Positions 1 through 13,046 of a stretch of DNA of 64,000 nucleotides are shown here, one piece after another (position 1 is the stretch's first letter; each line of letters starts with the position of its first letter). The notes beneath the pieces were generated by a model. That model made no database searches, was not told where the DNA came from, and saw only the letters and a program-made list of their open reading frames with translations. Source of the stretch: Ostrea edulis (Eukaryota); NCBI RefSeq assembly GCF_947568905.1, contig NC_079165.1:46562001-46626000 (forward strand). The letters are read 5' to 3'. A program made the position numbers and the translations under genes.

Positions 1-330
1 TACATGCTTTTTCTATTAAGTCCCATAGTGACTTGAATTTTCACCTTTTGACCCCCAAATCAGTAGGGGACAGGCCTCAAGTGCAAAAAAATAGGACAAA
101 ATAGATATCTTGCTCCTTGCATAACAGCAAAAAATCTTCAACAAAAACAACATAGTCAATTTCATTTCAGTATGTATTTTCAAAACCAAAATACTAATTG
201 ATTCCATGATCATGATGAAATACACTGCACAAGCACAATATCTACAAAAAACGTTCACAATTTTAAGTCTCACAAATTAAATAAATCTTTCATACTGATG
301 AAGAATGAAGGATATCACAGTCAACATTCA

Positions 331-3300
331 TTAACATAAAACTGGGGGCGGGGACACCTTGTCCTCAAACTGCATGATCATCTGTCGACAGTTCTGTAAG
401 GATTTCTTGTCCCCAAGGGATTCGTACATTTTACTAGCTTCAGAAATCAGAGCTATTCTGTCTTCACTGCATGGCAACATATTTGCAGGTAGATGTTTGC
501 CTGCCATCAGTAATGCTTTTGCCTGGTCTCTATCTGCTGTCTCACTTTCCATGTGGTTAGCATCTTCTGAAAGAATACACGACATTCAAAATCAAACGAG
601 CCTCTTTCAGAAACTTTTTTTATACATTTAAATACTGTTTTCAAGATATCAAGGGTAAATTGGTTGAAAATTATAGATGCAAGAGTTCTTTCTTTCTTCT
701 ACCAAAAAAACTAACCTTTGTCATTTTTACTTGTATGTCTCCTCCTAATACTTCTGTCCAGAAGTTGCTGAGTTCTAGCAGGACTAGCACCAGCCATCAG
801 CCGTGCTGTAGCTTCATGGAGGAACACCTGAACAAATACACAATCTCTCCATAAAAACTCTTATTATTCATTCTAAGGCAAATTTTATTCTGTGACAATA
901 ATGCACATAGTAAATTGTGAAGTAAATCTTGCTGCTAATCACCTTCGGCAAAATATTTTTATGCACTTGAGCTAGTTTCCTCAAGCTGTTCAGGTCCTGT
1001 TGAAATGCTATCATTTCAGTCTGCGAAGTTACGCTGGATTCCTCTTTGCTGTTTTTCTCCCATAGTTCTGTCCTTGTAGTCAGCAGCCAGTCACAAACAA
1101 GAAGCTGAAGAAGCTACAAAAATAAAAAATATATATAACTATGTTTAAAAGGACAAGCTTTTTGTTAGTCATGCAAGGTTTATGGCCAATAGTACCCACC
1201 TACCCCAACCCTCTTATATATATTTCATTGGATTCTTCTGCAAACTGTTAATTATAAGAACAATATTTTTCCAGATCAGTCTAAGCATTAGTTCCTACAT
1301 GTTTATAGCATCATGAGCCTGTGCTTGTTCAAATATTTGATTGAAATAAAATTGTGAGGGCCATCTTTTAATAAAATGACTACATATACAGTAATGAATA
1401 CATGTATGCTGATCGCCAGCATGGTGCCATATAGTGAGTACAACTAATTCATTCAATAATAATGATGACAATAAAGATCCTAGCTAGTATATCAAATTGT
1501 TAATAAGGGTTTGAGAATTTCAATAAGAAAATTTTTTTTTTTAAAATTAAATCATAACTGTAGCATAAGATGAATATAATTTACCATAATCCAGTGCTGC
1601 AGCAAGCATCTCACCAAATGACAAAACTATCTCCATATTTGCTTTGCAGATGCATTGCACACTTTGTTTAAATGCAATGCAACTACAATGCACTATGGCA
1701 ATAGCAAGTTTCTTTCTTGTCCTGCAAACTCAATTGAAACAAGAACAAACATTCGCACTTGAAATTCCTCACCTGTACAATTTGTTCATTCTGTTTGGCA
1801 TATGACAGCTTCAGACTCTCTCTCAACAAGCGACCAGCTCTGTCACACTGACGAATGCAATGGGGGGATCCATGAGTATTATTCATCAAATTTCTCCTTG
1901 CACGATAAGCGACCAGGACAGCTTTAGGCAGAGGATCACTTTCAAGTAAAGAACAAAGAATTAAATAACTGCCAACATTAATATTCTAGGCTACTCCGTT
2001 TAAATTCGGACACTCAAAGGTAATGCTTACTCGGACTTTTGAAGTTTCTGGGGGAAGGAATCGCACATGGGATACTGGTTTTCTACATTCTCTTCATCTC
2101 CGACTAACCATTCAATGGCAACAGTAACAATAGCTGACCACCACTGTCCCAATTCATCACCCCCTAAAATACAGAACACAAAAATCGATGAAAATTAAGC
2201 TAATTACCAATATACTAATTAGCAGACATTCACATTTCCATTATACTATATTAAAATGTACTATTGATTTATTTCTGCATGAGGTCAAAGTTGCTAAACA
2301 TGGTTCTCTCAATCTATTTGCACAAGAATACATCCTTATTTCAATTACCAACCTGTGATGGTGCTGATGCCTCCTCCTGATAAGCTGACTGGCTTGGTGG
2401 TAGAGGATGCACTATCAGAAAGCAACTGTGTATACAGCGACACTTCTGCAGATTGTGTTGGTCCTTCCTTGCTCCTGGCAGGACTGACCAATGAAAACAG
2501 TGCTTTTTCCAACATGTATTCTCTAAACATCTGAGCAACATGCTCCAAAGGATCAGCTGCAACATCAATGAAAAAGATTAAATTGGCTATGTCTTATGTA
2601 CACAACTTTGAACTTGCTCCAGCTTCAAGTGCATTAAAATAATTTTTCATTTTTATATTAAGTAATGACTATGGTCATATAATTTCACCATGCTGTGTAC
2701 TGTTGACAATTTTTGCCCTTCATACAATAAACCAAAAGTGAAAATAAAACTAAAAACAATAAAACACTATTTTCAAATCTTTTTTTGGAAAGTGAAAGTT
2801 TTTTATATTAACCTTCGCATCCAAGAGTGGTGAAGAGGCTAGTTTGTCCACCTAGAGTCCATTTTCCACCAACAAAAAATCTATAACCTTCTGGATGAGA
2901 AAGCCACTGGATACTGGGTGGTAGGCGATCTCCACTAGTTAAACATGCTTTCCTGGCCCGACTCAGCAAGTACTTCTGCAAGAAATTGCATACTCCATAG
3001 TAGAAATTGCATACTTCATAAAATAAAATATGAAATTTTACACCAGTATTGTTTAATTGAAATTTTTGAACCATCTCAAGTAATAAAATTCCTCCATTGC
3101 TGTTTTTTTCCAATCTACAGTAAAACATGCTTAAAATGAATTCATGCTTATTGCAATGTGATATTATTCCCTATGATAGATATATACTGGATTGGATATA
3201 ACAAAGTTTGGGTGTAACGACAATTTTCCCATGGCCCTGGGGGTTCGCTATGTGTGTGTGTATATATATATATATATTATATATAAACACACTCATATTA

Positions 3301-5834
3301 ACATTTCCAATGTTTTTGCCCGTGATATCTTTACAAAATGTAATGCTAGCAATTTTTTAAACAGCTGGGTATATTCCGTGAAATAAAATTAGAAAGTAAA
3401 TATTAGAAATGAACTTCATTTTTCAAAATACAAGAGGACATGAACTATAATGCTTAACACCGACATACTTCTCATGAAGCACCAAGTGTGCTGGTGTGTC
3501 AAAAATGAAATTTACTTCTTATATAAAACACAAAATATTCTTACAGATAGATATTTCATTTTCCATGGTAAACTACTCTGCATTCTTATTGCACACGTAG
3601 CATAAATCTCGGCCAACTGTGATAGTGGAAGGGCATCTCCTGCAGCTTCAGCCATGTTAATGGCACACAAACTGAGATTCACTCCCCACCAACTACTTCC
3701 AGGAATATGACCTAAAACAATCAAATGAGCTCCATAATACAATAAGCATAGTTATTAAATAAACAATACAGAAAATTTATCGGCATATGAACATGTCATT
3801 ACCTGCCAAATGAAGCTGGTTCAATCTATGATAAACCAGGGCAGCATTCTTGGCCGACATGTTGATGTCTTCTTTACTGCGGACTGCTGTAGCTCTGCTA
3901 AACAACCACTTTCCAACAAGTCTGTGAAATATCTGTCTCAGTAAATTCCATGACAGTCCAGACACCAGCTCAAGCTTTGATGTTGGCAAAGGTCTTCCCA
4001 AACCAGCTAAACATTTCCGTAACTGATCTGTTGCCCATGAAAAATTGCCCTAATAAATAAGAAAAATGTGTTAATTCTCTGGGGAACAAAATGTAGACAT
4101 TCACATCACTTCAGTACAACAGTAATCTAACACTGACCTTTTCTAAATGAGCTTCAGCCTGAGTCTTGTGTCTGTAGAAAGAAACTGCTGCTTCAGTGTC
4201 CTTCTTAACTACAGGTTCTCCAAAGATCAGAAGTCGTACCAACACACCAATGCAGATGACACCCTTCAATACCCACATCAACAGAGAAGGGAACATCCAG
4301 TCCATCCAACCATTTGCTTCTCCATCTATCAAAACAAAAGTCAATTTTCAAAGAAGTTACTAATTAATATTAATAAATTTTTGTAATATAATTACAAAAT
4401 ATATCCATAAAGTTATGAACACCATGCATTACTTGAAAATAATCATAATGCTAGGGATATAACAGATTGGAAAAAATCTCACACAGATAACACCTACCAT
4501 TCACATTTTTAAGTGTTCTGCCAGCATGCTGGCCTGCAAAACCATCACTATTAGAACTTGATCCCAGAAGGATTCCAAAAGGGTTGAATGCAAGGACTGC
4601 AAACATGAATATGCACAATGCCATCCTAGTCTGATCCCGCATGGTCAGCATGACATTTCCTCCAGAAACGCTGGAGTCTGACTGGGAGTCTGAGAGAAAT
4701 AAATAATTTCTATATCAAGCAAAAAGGCATTTTATGCTGGATCCCGGAAAGGAATTTGCAGAACAGTAACTACAAAAGAGCAATTTTAAATGTGTGCCAA
4801 CTTTCCACTAACACCCTACTAACCTGATTCATACATGGGACTACCAGGTGGTGATTCACCATCACTTCCAAATTGAGAAATATGAATAGGTGATCCGTTC
4901 TCAGAACTTGGAGGAGTTAATGGTGTTTGTTTTATTAAATCCTCAATATCTACAAATAGTACAGTAAAGCCATATACACAAGACTCCAAACAATATATTC
5001 AATGGCTTTTGGTGTACACAAGTTTTGAACATCAAATAATTTTATATACTTACTACAGTGTTTAGATGCTGCCAATTTGAGAGCCATGTTCTCTTGCTTC
5101 AATCTGTTGTTTGTATTAATCAAGAACCTGATGTAGTCAATAGCCTTCTTCAAGATAGCAGATTTGTTCAACTGTAAAAATAGCACAAAATTTGTAATGA
5201 GGTCTTGACAAATCCTAGGCCTATGCATGAATATCTGGGAATGAATCAATTTTTAAGTGCCTGTTAAAGAAGCCTGCTTTTCATCAAATCACGAAATTAG
5301 ACAATTGAAGTTCTACCTTTGCCTCTGTGCCTGCTACCAAGTCCTTAAGTTCTGTAATTTTGTCATTTATACTCAATCTATACCGCTTCTCGATGGCATT
5401 ATGAGATGTTCTCTTCTCTCCTTTCTTAGGTCCTTTGTTGGGATTGTTAAGGCGGTTTATGGGAACTTTCTCACTATCAACCACCTGAATTGGAATACTT
5501 GTTACAACGGTTTGAACCTGAGGGACGGTGGTAGTGACAGTTTGTTGAGGGGTCAGGGTGGTTGGAGGGAGAGAGGACAGTGTGACGATAGTTGGTGATG
5601 AGGATACCACTTGTGACTGGGTGGTAGCATTCTGTGTTTTAATGATATGTGAAGTTCGTGTTGATGGTGATGACGATGTCGTAGCAGGAATTGCAGATAT
5701 AACAGGCTGGTTCAAAGCTTGAGATTGCAGCAAAAGCTGAAAGAAAATGTACTAAAATGAATTGAAATGTAAAACTGTAAATTCTTTATTCTAAAAAGTT
5801 CATGGATGTATGCGAATACATCAAAGCTTAATAA

Positions 5835-5867
<33 letters not shown>

Positions 5868-6966
5868 TCATATCAACCTTTTCTGGTAAGGATTTGGTAT
5901 TTCGACCCTTTTGGAATTAGTGTTATTCCTTACCTGTTGCAGCTGCTGTAAGCTGACTTGCTGCTGAACCTGTGGCTGAGGCTGTGCAACAACTGGGGTA
6001 GTCTTTTGAGCAGCCTGTTGAAGAATTAATCTCAATTGTTGTTGCAACAATCGAGCTTGTTGTTGTTTCTGCTGTTGTTGCTGTTGTTGTACCAGCAACT
6101 GTTTTTGTTGTTGAACAAGTTGAGCTTGTTTCTGAAGTTTCAATGCAGCCTGTTGAAGCTGTTGAGCACCATTAAAGTGGGAGATGTTAACAAGAGGAGA
6201 TTGAAGTGTACCTCCACCTCCTGTATCCAATAAGTCCACACCTTCCAGACAATTTAAACTATCACTGCTAAAGTTTGCATCATTCAGCAACACACTTGAA
6301 CTACTGCTTGAATTGGTCAAATCAAACTGTTCATCGATAGATAGTTCCTGTTTCAAAGGATCTGACAGAAGCTGAGAATCTACAAACCCCTCTGTATCTG
6401 GCTTCAACAAATTCAGCTGACCATCAAACAAGTCATTCTTTGACGAGTTTGTGTCAGATAACATGTACTGGACAATATCTGTAAAACAAAGATTAACACA
6501 TAATATGTATACCACTAGTCACAAAGTTTACTACAAATTTCGACATAGATCTATCAGCAAAAACTTTTCACAATTGCAGAATACTCATTATCTTCAGTTA
6601 TCACCGGAATACTGCAATACGTATCAGTCGTAAAAACAAAAATTCAAGAAAACGTTGCACCCCCCCTTCAAAAACTAGGACACTCCTTCCATCAAATGTA
6701 TCAGTACTCAAATTAGTAATTAAAGTAAATTAAAGTTACAGTTTAAACGCTAACATTGCCACTCTTTTCCTATTCCCGGGAGTCGGGGGTTCCTTCAGCT
6801 TTCCGATTATATTTCAATCACTCCTGAAAGAAACAGACTTTAAAAGAAACTTACCATCGATGTCATCAAGAGCTACATTACTGAGGTCATTTCCTGATAA
6901 AAAATCATTCCCATGGTCAACTACACTTTCGGCGGCTGGAATCGACCAGCCTTCTAGATTCTCCAT
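331..6966 (-). CDS. SREBP: Sterol regulatory element-binding protein, 16 coding exons, ~1099 aa
   Basis: Exons (minus strand): 6855-6966, 5934-6478, 5317-5736, 5054-5171, 4824-4949, 4498-4689, 4138-4325, 3803-4049, 3545-3711, 2813-2975, 2353-2556, 2031-2163, 1773-1938, 943-1113, 716-827, 331-566. All introns are GT-AG and phase-consistent; total 3300 nt. Acidic N-terminus (LDDIDDIVQYM), Q-rich tract, bHLH-Zip with the SREBP-specific Tyr ([16 protein letters not shown]...[17 protein letters not shown]), DQTR-TM1 with NP (AFNPF), luminal S1P-type site RTLK, TM2, and C-terminal [19 protein letters not shown]. Confidence 0.97.
1633..1698 (-). ncRNA. mir-33: pre-miR-33 hairpin in SREBP intron 13
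   Basis: Reverse complement of 1673-1693 is GTGCATTGTAGTTGCATTGCA, identical to mature miR-33-5p. The 3p arm (GCAATGCATCTGCAAAGCA) and closing CCATA/TATGG complete a hairpin. It lies sense inside an SREBP intron, the known conserved host. Confidence 0.96.
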
Positions 6967-7010
6967 GTCAAAGTGAGCTGGACGAAGAACAGTAACACCA
7001 TAGATTACTA

Positions 7011-7101
7011 ACCAATCAAAATAACGCGTGAGATGGGGTGATTTTGCGTCATGAACATGTTTTCATTATTTGCATAATTTATTCTGAGTGACTCCGGAAG
7101 T
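7011..7101 (-). promoter_or_regulatory. SREBP proximal promoter: NF-Y CCAAT box, SRE-1-like element, ETS-like site
   Basis: AACCAATCA with CCAAT at 7012-7016. 7033-7042 reads ATCACCCCAT on the minus strand, 9/10 to SRE-1 ATCACCCCAC. CCGGAAGT at 7094-7101. All lie within 140 bp of the ATG (6966). Confidence 0.6.
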
Positions 7102-7408
7102 TAAACATGCGAACGATATCAACATGTTCAAACCAAAAAATCAGATGCTATTGGAAAAAAAGGTCAATGTGTATGAATTTAAATATTACGACTTTCACAT
7201 CATGATATATGGATATACGTGGAATCCCTTGAAATGATTACATTTCTAAAAATAGATTAAAAATAAATATGATCTGTACTAGGCTACATAACGTTAATTG
7301 TTATACATGTATGTTCATTCAGGTGATGCGTGTTATTCACATGCTGCACACGTGTCAAAAAATAAACCCAACTAAATCTAGTCCTATAATGAGGCTATAT
7401 GGTACCTT

Positions 7409-7473
7409 ATCTGACGTTTTCCTGGCACAGTTAATATCAAAATCATTTTTAAAAAGCCAGGAAAACGTCAGAT
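7409..7473. repeat. 18-bp perfect inverted repeat (hairpin), probably part of a small foldback element
   Basis: ATCTGACGTTTTCCTGGC (7409-7426) and GCCAGGAAAACGTCAGAT (7456-7473). Confidence 0.7.
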
Positions 7474-7684
7474 ATTTCGGACTAGGTACCTGTACCTTCT
7501 TACTCGCATTATTAATTTTAAAAAAGTATAGAAAGTGTTTTTATTTCCATTTATTAGAGTTAAAACTAATATGTTATCAAATAAAATATTATAGGTCATC
7601 GCACTTTTTCAGAAACTGTTTCTTCAAAAAAATCATAAATAACTGATAATTAAATTTTTTATCATAAAAATTAATCAATATATG

Positions 7685-8010
7685 CAGGAGCGGATCCAGG
7701 AATTGTGGTTACGGGGGCGCCACTTTATGTTGCAGGGGGTCTGGGGGACGCCTTGCCTTGAGGACCCCAGTGGTTCCAGGATGAAGGCCTGGTGGGGGCC
7801 CAGGGGGCGAAGCCCCCGGACGCTCCTGGATTTTATAGGGCTTGAAATATGTCTCCTATTTAGTCATTTGTACTATTTCCTATCATTTTTGATAAGGTGA
7901 AATTAATAAAATGACTCAAATTTTAAGGGTTTTGGGGAAAAAAAATTAAGTTCTCCCAATAAAGTAATTCAAGAAATCAAAAGATTTTGTCATTTATTTC
8001 TCCGAAACCC
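7685..8010 (+). mobile_element. MITE family A (GCGGATCCAGGA.../...TTAAATCCGCC ends), truncated copy
   Basis: Clearly similar to the copies at 12608-13046 (-), 33412-33767 (+) and 36590-37019 (-); shared internal text such as GGGCTTGAAATATGTCTCCTATT and AATCAAAAGATTTTGTCATTTATTTCTC. Confidence 0.75.
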
Positions 8011-9419
8011 TGATCCCCATGAGAATCTTTCAATGGTTCTATTTACATGTATATTTTATTTATAGGCTAGGAGGGGGGGGATATATGCAGTTTGGTGGTC
8101 ATGAGGATATCCTCAAATTGGGGCGAAATATCCATTTGAGAGAAAAGGTGTCATTGTAAATTTTGAATTTACTGGGTGGGTGTAAACCCAAAATAACGAT
8201 ATGATAGTATTCTGTATTCATAACAAATTCATGAAACTTTTTCTTCACAAAAATATCCAAAATGTTTGTGGATAATAAAGGAAATATATCGCATTGATAA
8301 CAAAATCAATGAAAGTAGAGTTATCGCTCTTGGGTTCAATATTTTGAAACATATAATTGATTATTTATATATAACTTAGACGCTTAAAATATTTTATATT
8401 CAACAAGATTTTTTTCGAATAACTATTGGAAAAGACTCTGTCAAAATTTATGGTTCTAATATGCATGAATCTAAATAAATCATTGATTTTGCAAAATCTT
8501 ATGACGTCACATGAGGGTGGAATTACTTTAATATACTATATTTATTTTCCATAGAACATATTTTGTTTTCCAATCAAGGGCCCTCAAGGGGCAGCATGAA
8601 AATACATACAAATAATGTACATATACATATCAAGTAAAGAAAGAAGTGATTACATAACACATAGTTATATACAAATACAGTGTCATATATTGTTCAAAAT
8701 AAATTTTCCAGTTATATTTAGAATAGATGGCTCTTCAGAACATAGTATGTAAATTAATTTTTCTTCATCATTGAGTTTAGTAAAAAAAAAAATTAACTGT
8801 TTTTTCTATAGCACCACAAAAAGATTTCCTTTCATCAACAAACTTTTCACATTTAATCAAAATATGAATCTCATCACCTAATGAACCGGAGTTGCATTTG
8901 TTACATATTCGTTCATTCCTAGTAATGCCAGAATATCTACCAACTTCAATCATTAATTTATGAGCTGATATCCGTTGCTGATGTTGACATTATCCGCTGA
9001 TGTTGACATATATCACTATATGATATCTTGTGATTTAGCTCACACAAATTGAAAGTTTGTGAGCTTTTCTGATTGAAGAGGCATCCCTCGTCGAAAACCG
9101 GACGAAAGTTTACTGGGCTACTGACAGTGGACAGAGGCCATCGATCGATTGGAACGTTTGATATTTTCACTACACATGTAATAAAAAAATGTGTATACAA
9201 TGTATGTGTTTTTAAACTCATTGAAGCCATTTTTTATTAGGTTGTTTTTTTTTATCTTTATACCATAAGTTGGGAATATATTTTTTTACGTTACAACCTT
9301 GAAAATAATAATAATTTTAAAAAAGATTGTAAGAAATTAGTTAAAGAAAATTCTGAGTGTATTAATTTAGAATAATATCAATTGATCGATTGATATTATT
9401 TTGTTAAACGTCACTCTCG

Positions 9420-9575
9420 ATAATTTTTCACTCACATGGAGACGTAACCATTGCCGTTAAAGGCCTATGCTCGGCGCTTGTAACAGCCTTTGACATATTT
9501 GAGCAAGGAGGGATCTTTAGCGTGCCACATTTGCTGTGACACGGGGCCTCGGTTTGAACAGACTCATCCGAAGAC
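9420..9575 (+). repeat. Interspersed repeat family B fragment (SINE-like; class not established)
   Basis: TTTTCACTCACATGGAGACGT...CTATGCTCGGCGCTT...GGGATCTTTA.CGTGCCACA matches the copy at ~29805-29990. Confidence 0.6.
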
Positions 9576-9834
9576 CTATTCTAATTCGGAACAAGAGCTT
9601 CACAAAGCTGGATATATCCCTCGCAATGAGTTTCTATGTAAGCTTTTTCGATGAAGTCCCGTAGTGACTTTGACTTTTTGACCCCAACATCACTAGGGTT
9701 CTTCTTCTCTTGAAAACAAGGCTACATGTGAAGTATCAAAGTGGCCTGTACGTAGAGTGTCTACAAGCTTTTTCTCGTTAATTGACTTTTACCTTTAGAC
9801 CCCAAAATCATTAAGGTTCTTTCTCTCTTAATAA

Positions 9835-10987
9835 AACAAGAGGCCCACAGGCCTATCGGTCACCTGAATACTAGTGAAGAAGTATCGCTACTTCCATGGG
9901 CTATGAAATCTAGAAAAAAATTCCTGTTCTGAATATCTAAGCTAAATTCTAATGTTCAGCAACAGTATAAAACAAGACGTGTTCTTAAAACTTCACTGCC
10001 CTTACTCTGGGGAAAATCAAATTTACAATTTTGGTGAAAGACTACCTGCTCTATCCATTTAGTTTCAATTTAGTATCAAAAGCACTAAAGAAAATGTTAT
10101 TAAAGTGTTTTACACATAAACACTATATAACAAGTTTGGCCCCGCCTTGGGGTCAGAACCTTACCCCGGGGATCATGAAATTTACAATTTTAATAGAGGC
10201 CTTCCTGCTCTACATCACTATGCATTTAGTTTTTCTTACATGTGTGTGGTCATTGAGAAGAAGATTTTTGAAAAATTGTCATTTTAGGGCAGTTTTTGCC
10301 CTGCCCCATAGGCCCCAGGGGTGCAGGAATCCTGAAATTTACGATTTATGTTCCCTTTGTTCCAAATATGTTTCATACCAAATTTGAAATGAATTGAAAT
10401 GATAGTTATGAAGAAGAAGTTAAAAATGTCTATTGTTCACACATTTAATAACTGACCATTTTGGCCCCACCCTGATGCCAAAACCCCTACCCCTGAAATA
10501 ATCAAATTTACAATTTTGGTAAAGGACTACCTGTTCTTCCTAAATATCTATTTACTTTCGTTTTAGTATCAATAGCATTAAAGAAGATGTAATTTAAGTG
10601 TTTTCCACATAAACACTATATAACAAGTTTGGCCCCGCCCTGGGGTTAGAACCCCTACCCCGGGGATCATGAAATTTACAATTTTGATAGAGGCCTTCCT
10701 ACTCTATATCACTATGTATTTAGTTTTTCTTACATGTGTGTGGTTGTTGAGAAGAAGGTTTTTGAAAATTTGTCAATTATGGGCAGTATTTGCCCCGCCC
10801 CTAGGGCCCCAGGGGTGCTGGAGTCCTGGAATTTACAATTCATGTCCCCCTTATCCCAAAGATGCTTCATACCAAATTTGACTGGTGGTTATCAAGAAGA
10901 AGTTAAAAATATTCACGACGCACGACGGACGACGACGGATGAAAACCAAATGCAATAGGTCACCTGAGTTTTCTCAGATGACCTAAT
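9835..10987 (+). mobile_element. Non-autonomous HINE/pearl-like (Helentron-associated) element with internal tandem repeats
   Basis: 5' AACAAGAGGCCCACAGGCC..GGTCACCTGA; two internal diverged repeats of ~450-480 bp (e.g. CATAAACACTATATAACAAGTTTGGCCCCGCC at ~10117 and ~10608); GACG-type microsatellite; 3' palindrome AGGTCACCTGAG-TTTT-CTCAGATGACCT at 10958-10984. It sits inside a degenerate ~110-bp repeat array (9640-9830, 10990-11140). Confidence 0.7.
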
Positions 10988-11144
10988 AAATGGAGCAAAA
11001 AAATGTGGCCTGTAGAGTGTCTACAAATCTTTTCCATTCAGTCCTTTAGTGACCTTTTGACTCCATAGCTATAGGGTTTTTCCTCTCTTGATAAGAAAGC
11101 TACATGTGAAGTATCAGATCAAATCAAATATGAGAGGGAATATA

Positions 11145-12474
11145 CGAGGGCTGTTCGATAATCATATGTAATGTGTATTGTACCACGGCGCAATAACGCT
11201 TTGCACGATTTCGTGGATGATGATACTCTTGAATAGCTCTATTCAATACCATTTCAACGGTATAAACACGAGCCCTCAGCTCCACATACTTTTAAACTCA
11301 AGTCATTTAAATAGAGCCAGTCGTTGACCACTGTTGTAAAATGGTTGGGAAACGGGTTGAGAATATTCAAGAAATTAGAGCTTATATAAAAGTTTGCACA
11401 AAACTCGGTCATTCAGTAATGCAGATTTTTACTGAATTGGGGGAAGTTTATGGATCTGATAAGGTATCTTATGAGACAGTTCGTAGGTGGAGAAAGAAAT
11501 TTCTGATTGGCACAGAGTCCGTCAAAGATGCTGCAAAACTAGCCGACCTGTGACTGTAACAGGCAAGGTAAATGTCTCAATAGTCAGGGAAATAAGTAGA
11601 TACACAATTCGTGATATTGCCAAAGCTGTTGGCATATCGCTATCGCGGATGGCATTTCAATTTGAAGCGTATTTTGAAAGTACGAAAGATTTCTGCCAGA
11701 TGAATACCGCATATATTGACAAGATGACAAAAAACCGGGCACGAGTACAAACCGCTAAGCAACTGCTCAAAATGTTTCCCAAATTCAATCAAAGACAGTC
11801 TGCAAACATTGTTACTGGTGACGAAACATGGGTTCACTATTTCGAACCAGTAAGAAAAATTGGAATCAAAATATGGCTAACTAAACACGGTAGAAAGCCT
11901 GTAGTTGCCAAAAGAACCATAAGCACAAAGACGATTCTTTATTGCATATTCTTCTCATGTGATGGTCTAACCATACAAATTCCGGTGCCGAAGGGCAAAA
12001 GTGTTACAGGTCGGTATTACCGAGATGTTATACTAAACAATGCTAAAAAATCTCAAGAAATATTATCATAAACGACGCCCTGTGTCAGGATTTAGGCACG
12101 TTCGTCTACTTCATGATAATGCTCCATCACATACATCTTAGCTTGTGAAGCAATTTTTGAAGTCGGAGAAGGTTACCGTCTTGCCACACCCACCATAATC
12201 TCCAGATCTAGCCCCATGCGACTTTTTCCTTTTTTCAAAACTTATAAAGTTCTTATCTGGTCGTCATTACAAGTCCCGACAAGCTCTTGGCCCAGCCATC
12301 AGTCAGTGTCTCAGAGGTATACCTAAATCAGCGTACCGTGACGCATTTCAAAAATGGATTCAGAGATTTCAAACCGCGAAGAATACTTTGAAGGGATGTA
12401 ATGTTCATTTCACTATTTGAGTCGAATGCTTTTGAGATATCGTTCAATATAAATTACAGATCGAACATTCCTCG
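11145..12474 (+). mobile_element. Mariner (Tc1/mariner DD34D) transposon, full length 1.33 kb, decayed
   Basis: TA flanks at 11143-44 and 12475-76; imperfect TIRs CGAGGGCTGTTCGAT / ATCGAACATTCCTCG; encloses a broken transposase. Confidence 0.92.
11341..12402 (+). pseudogene. Mariner transposase pseudogene
   Basis: N-terminal HTH (IRAYIKVCTKLG...VSYETVRRWRKKF), IVTGDETWVHYFEP, LLHDNAPSH and HPP*SPDLAPCDFFLF; several frameshifts and in-frame stops. Confidence 0.9.
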
Positions 12475-12607
12475 TAGTAACGGGTCCGTGTGTGCATGCG
12501 CGTGCGTGCTTTGATATTTAACGTATTTTACTGTATTATGATTATCATTTGGAACATGCCAATGGTCATTCCATGCTTTGCTCAGTCCAACTGTCACACC
12601 GTCATTT

Positions 12608-13046
12608 GCGGATTTAAGGAGAGGGCGCATCCGGCGCCCCCCCCCCTCCCCCCATACATTTTCAAATTGAAGGTAAATCGTAGTCTCTTCTTTAAAAAAA
12701 TGTAAACGAAAAAAGAAGTAATAATTTCTTTCACACTCAGAGAAATAAATGACAAAATCTTTTGATTTATTGAATTACTTTTATGGGAAAATTTACATTT
12801 TTTCTAATTTAAACCCTTAAAATTTGCGTCATTTTATTGATTTCACCTTATTAAAACTGACAGAAAATAGTAAAAATTACTAAATAGTCCTAGACATATT
12901 TCAAGCCCAATAAAATCCAGGAGCTTCCGGGGGCCGCCCCCATCGGGGCTTCGCCCTGTATCCACTGGGCCCTCAAGGCGGCCCCAGACCCCCTGCCTCA
13001 TAATGTTGCCCCCCCCCCCCAACCGCGATTCCTGGATCCGCCCCTG
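12608..13046 (-). mobile_element. MITE family A, near full-length copy
   Basis: Ends GCGGATTTAAGG and CCTGGATCCGCCCCTG form imperfect TIRs; internal sequence shared with the other family A copies. Confidence 0.78.

Noticed and set aside
5257-6233. Plus-strand ORFs over SREBP exons (5257-5598, 6036-6233, also 359-631)
   Set aside because: Antisense shadows of real minus-strand exons, including the poly-Q tract.
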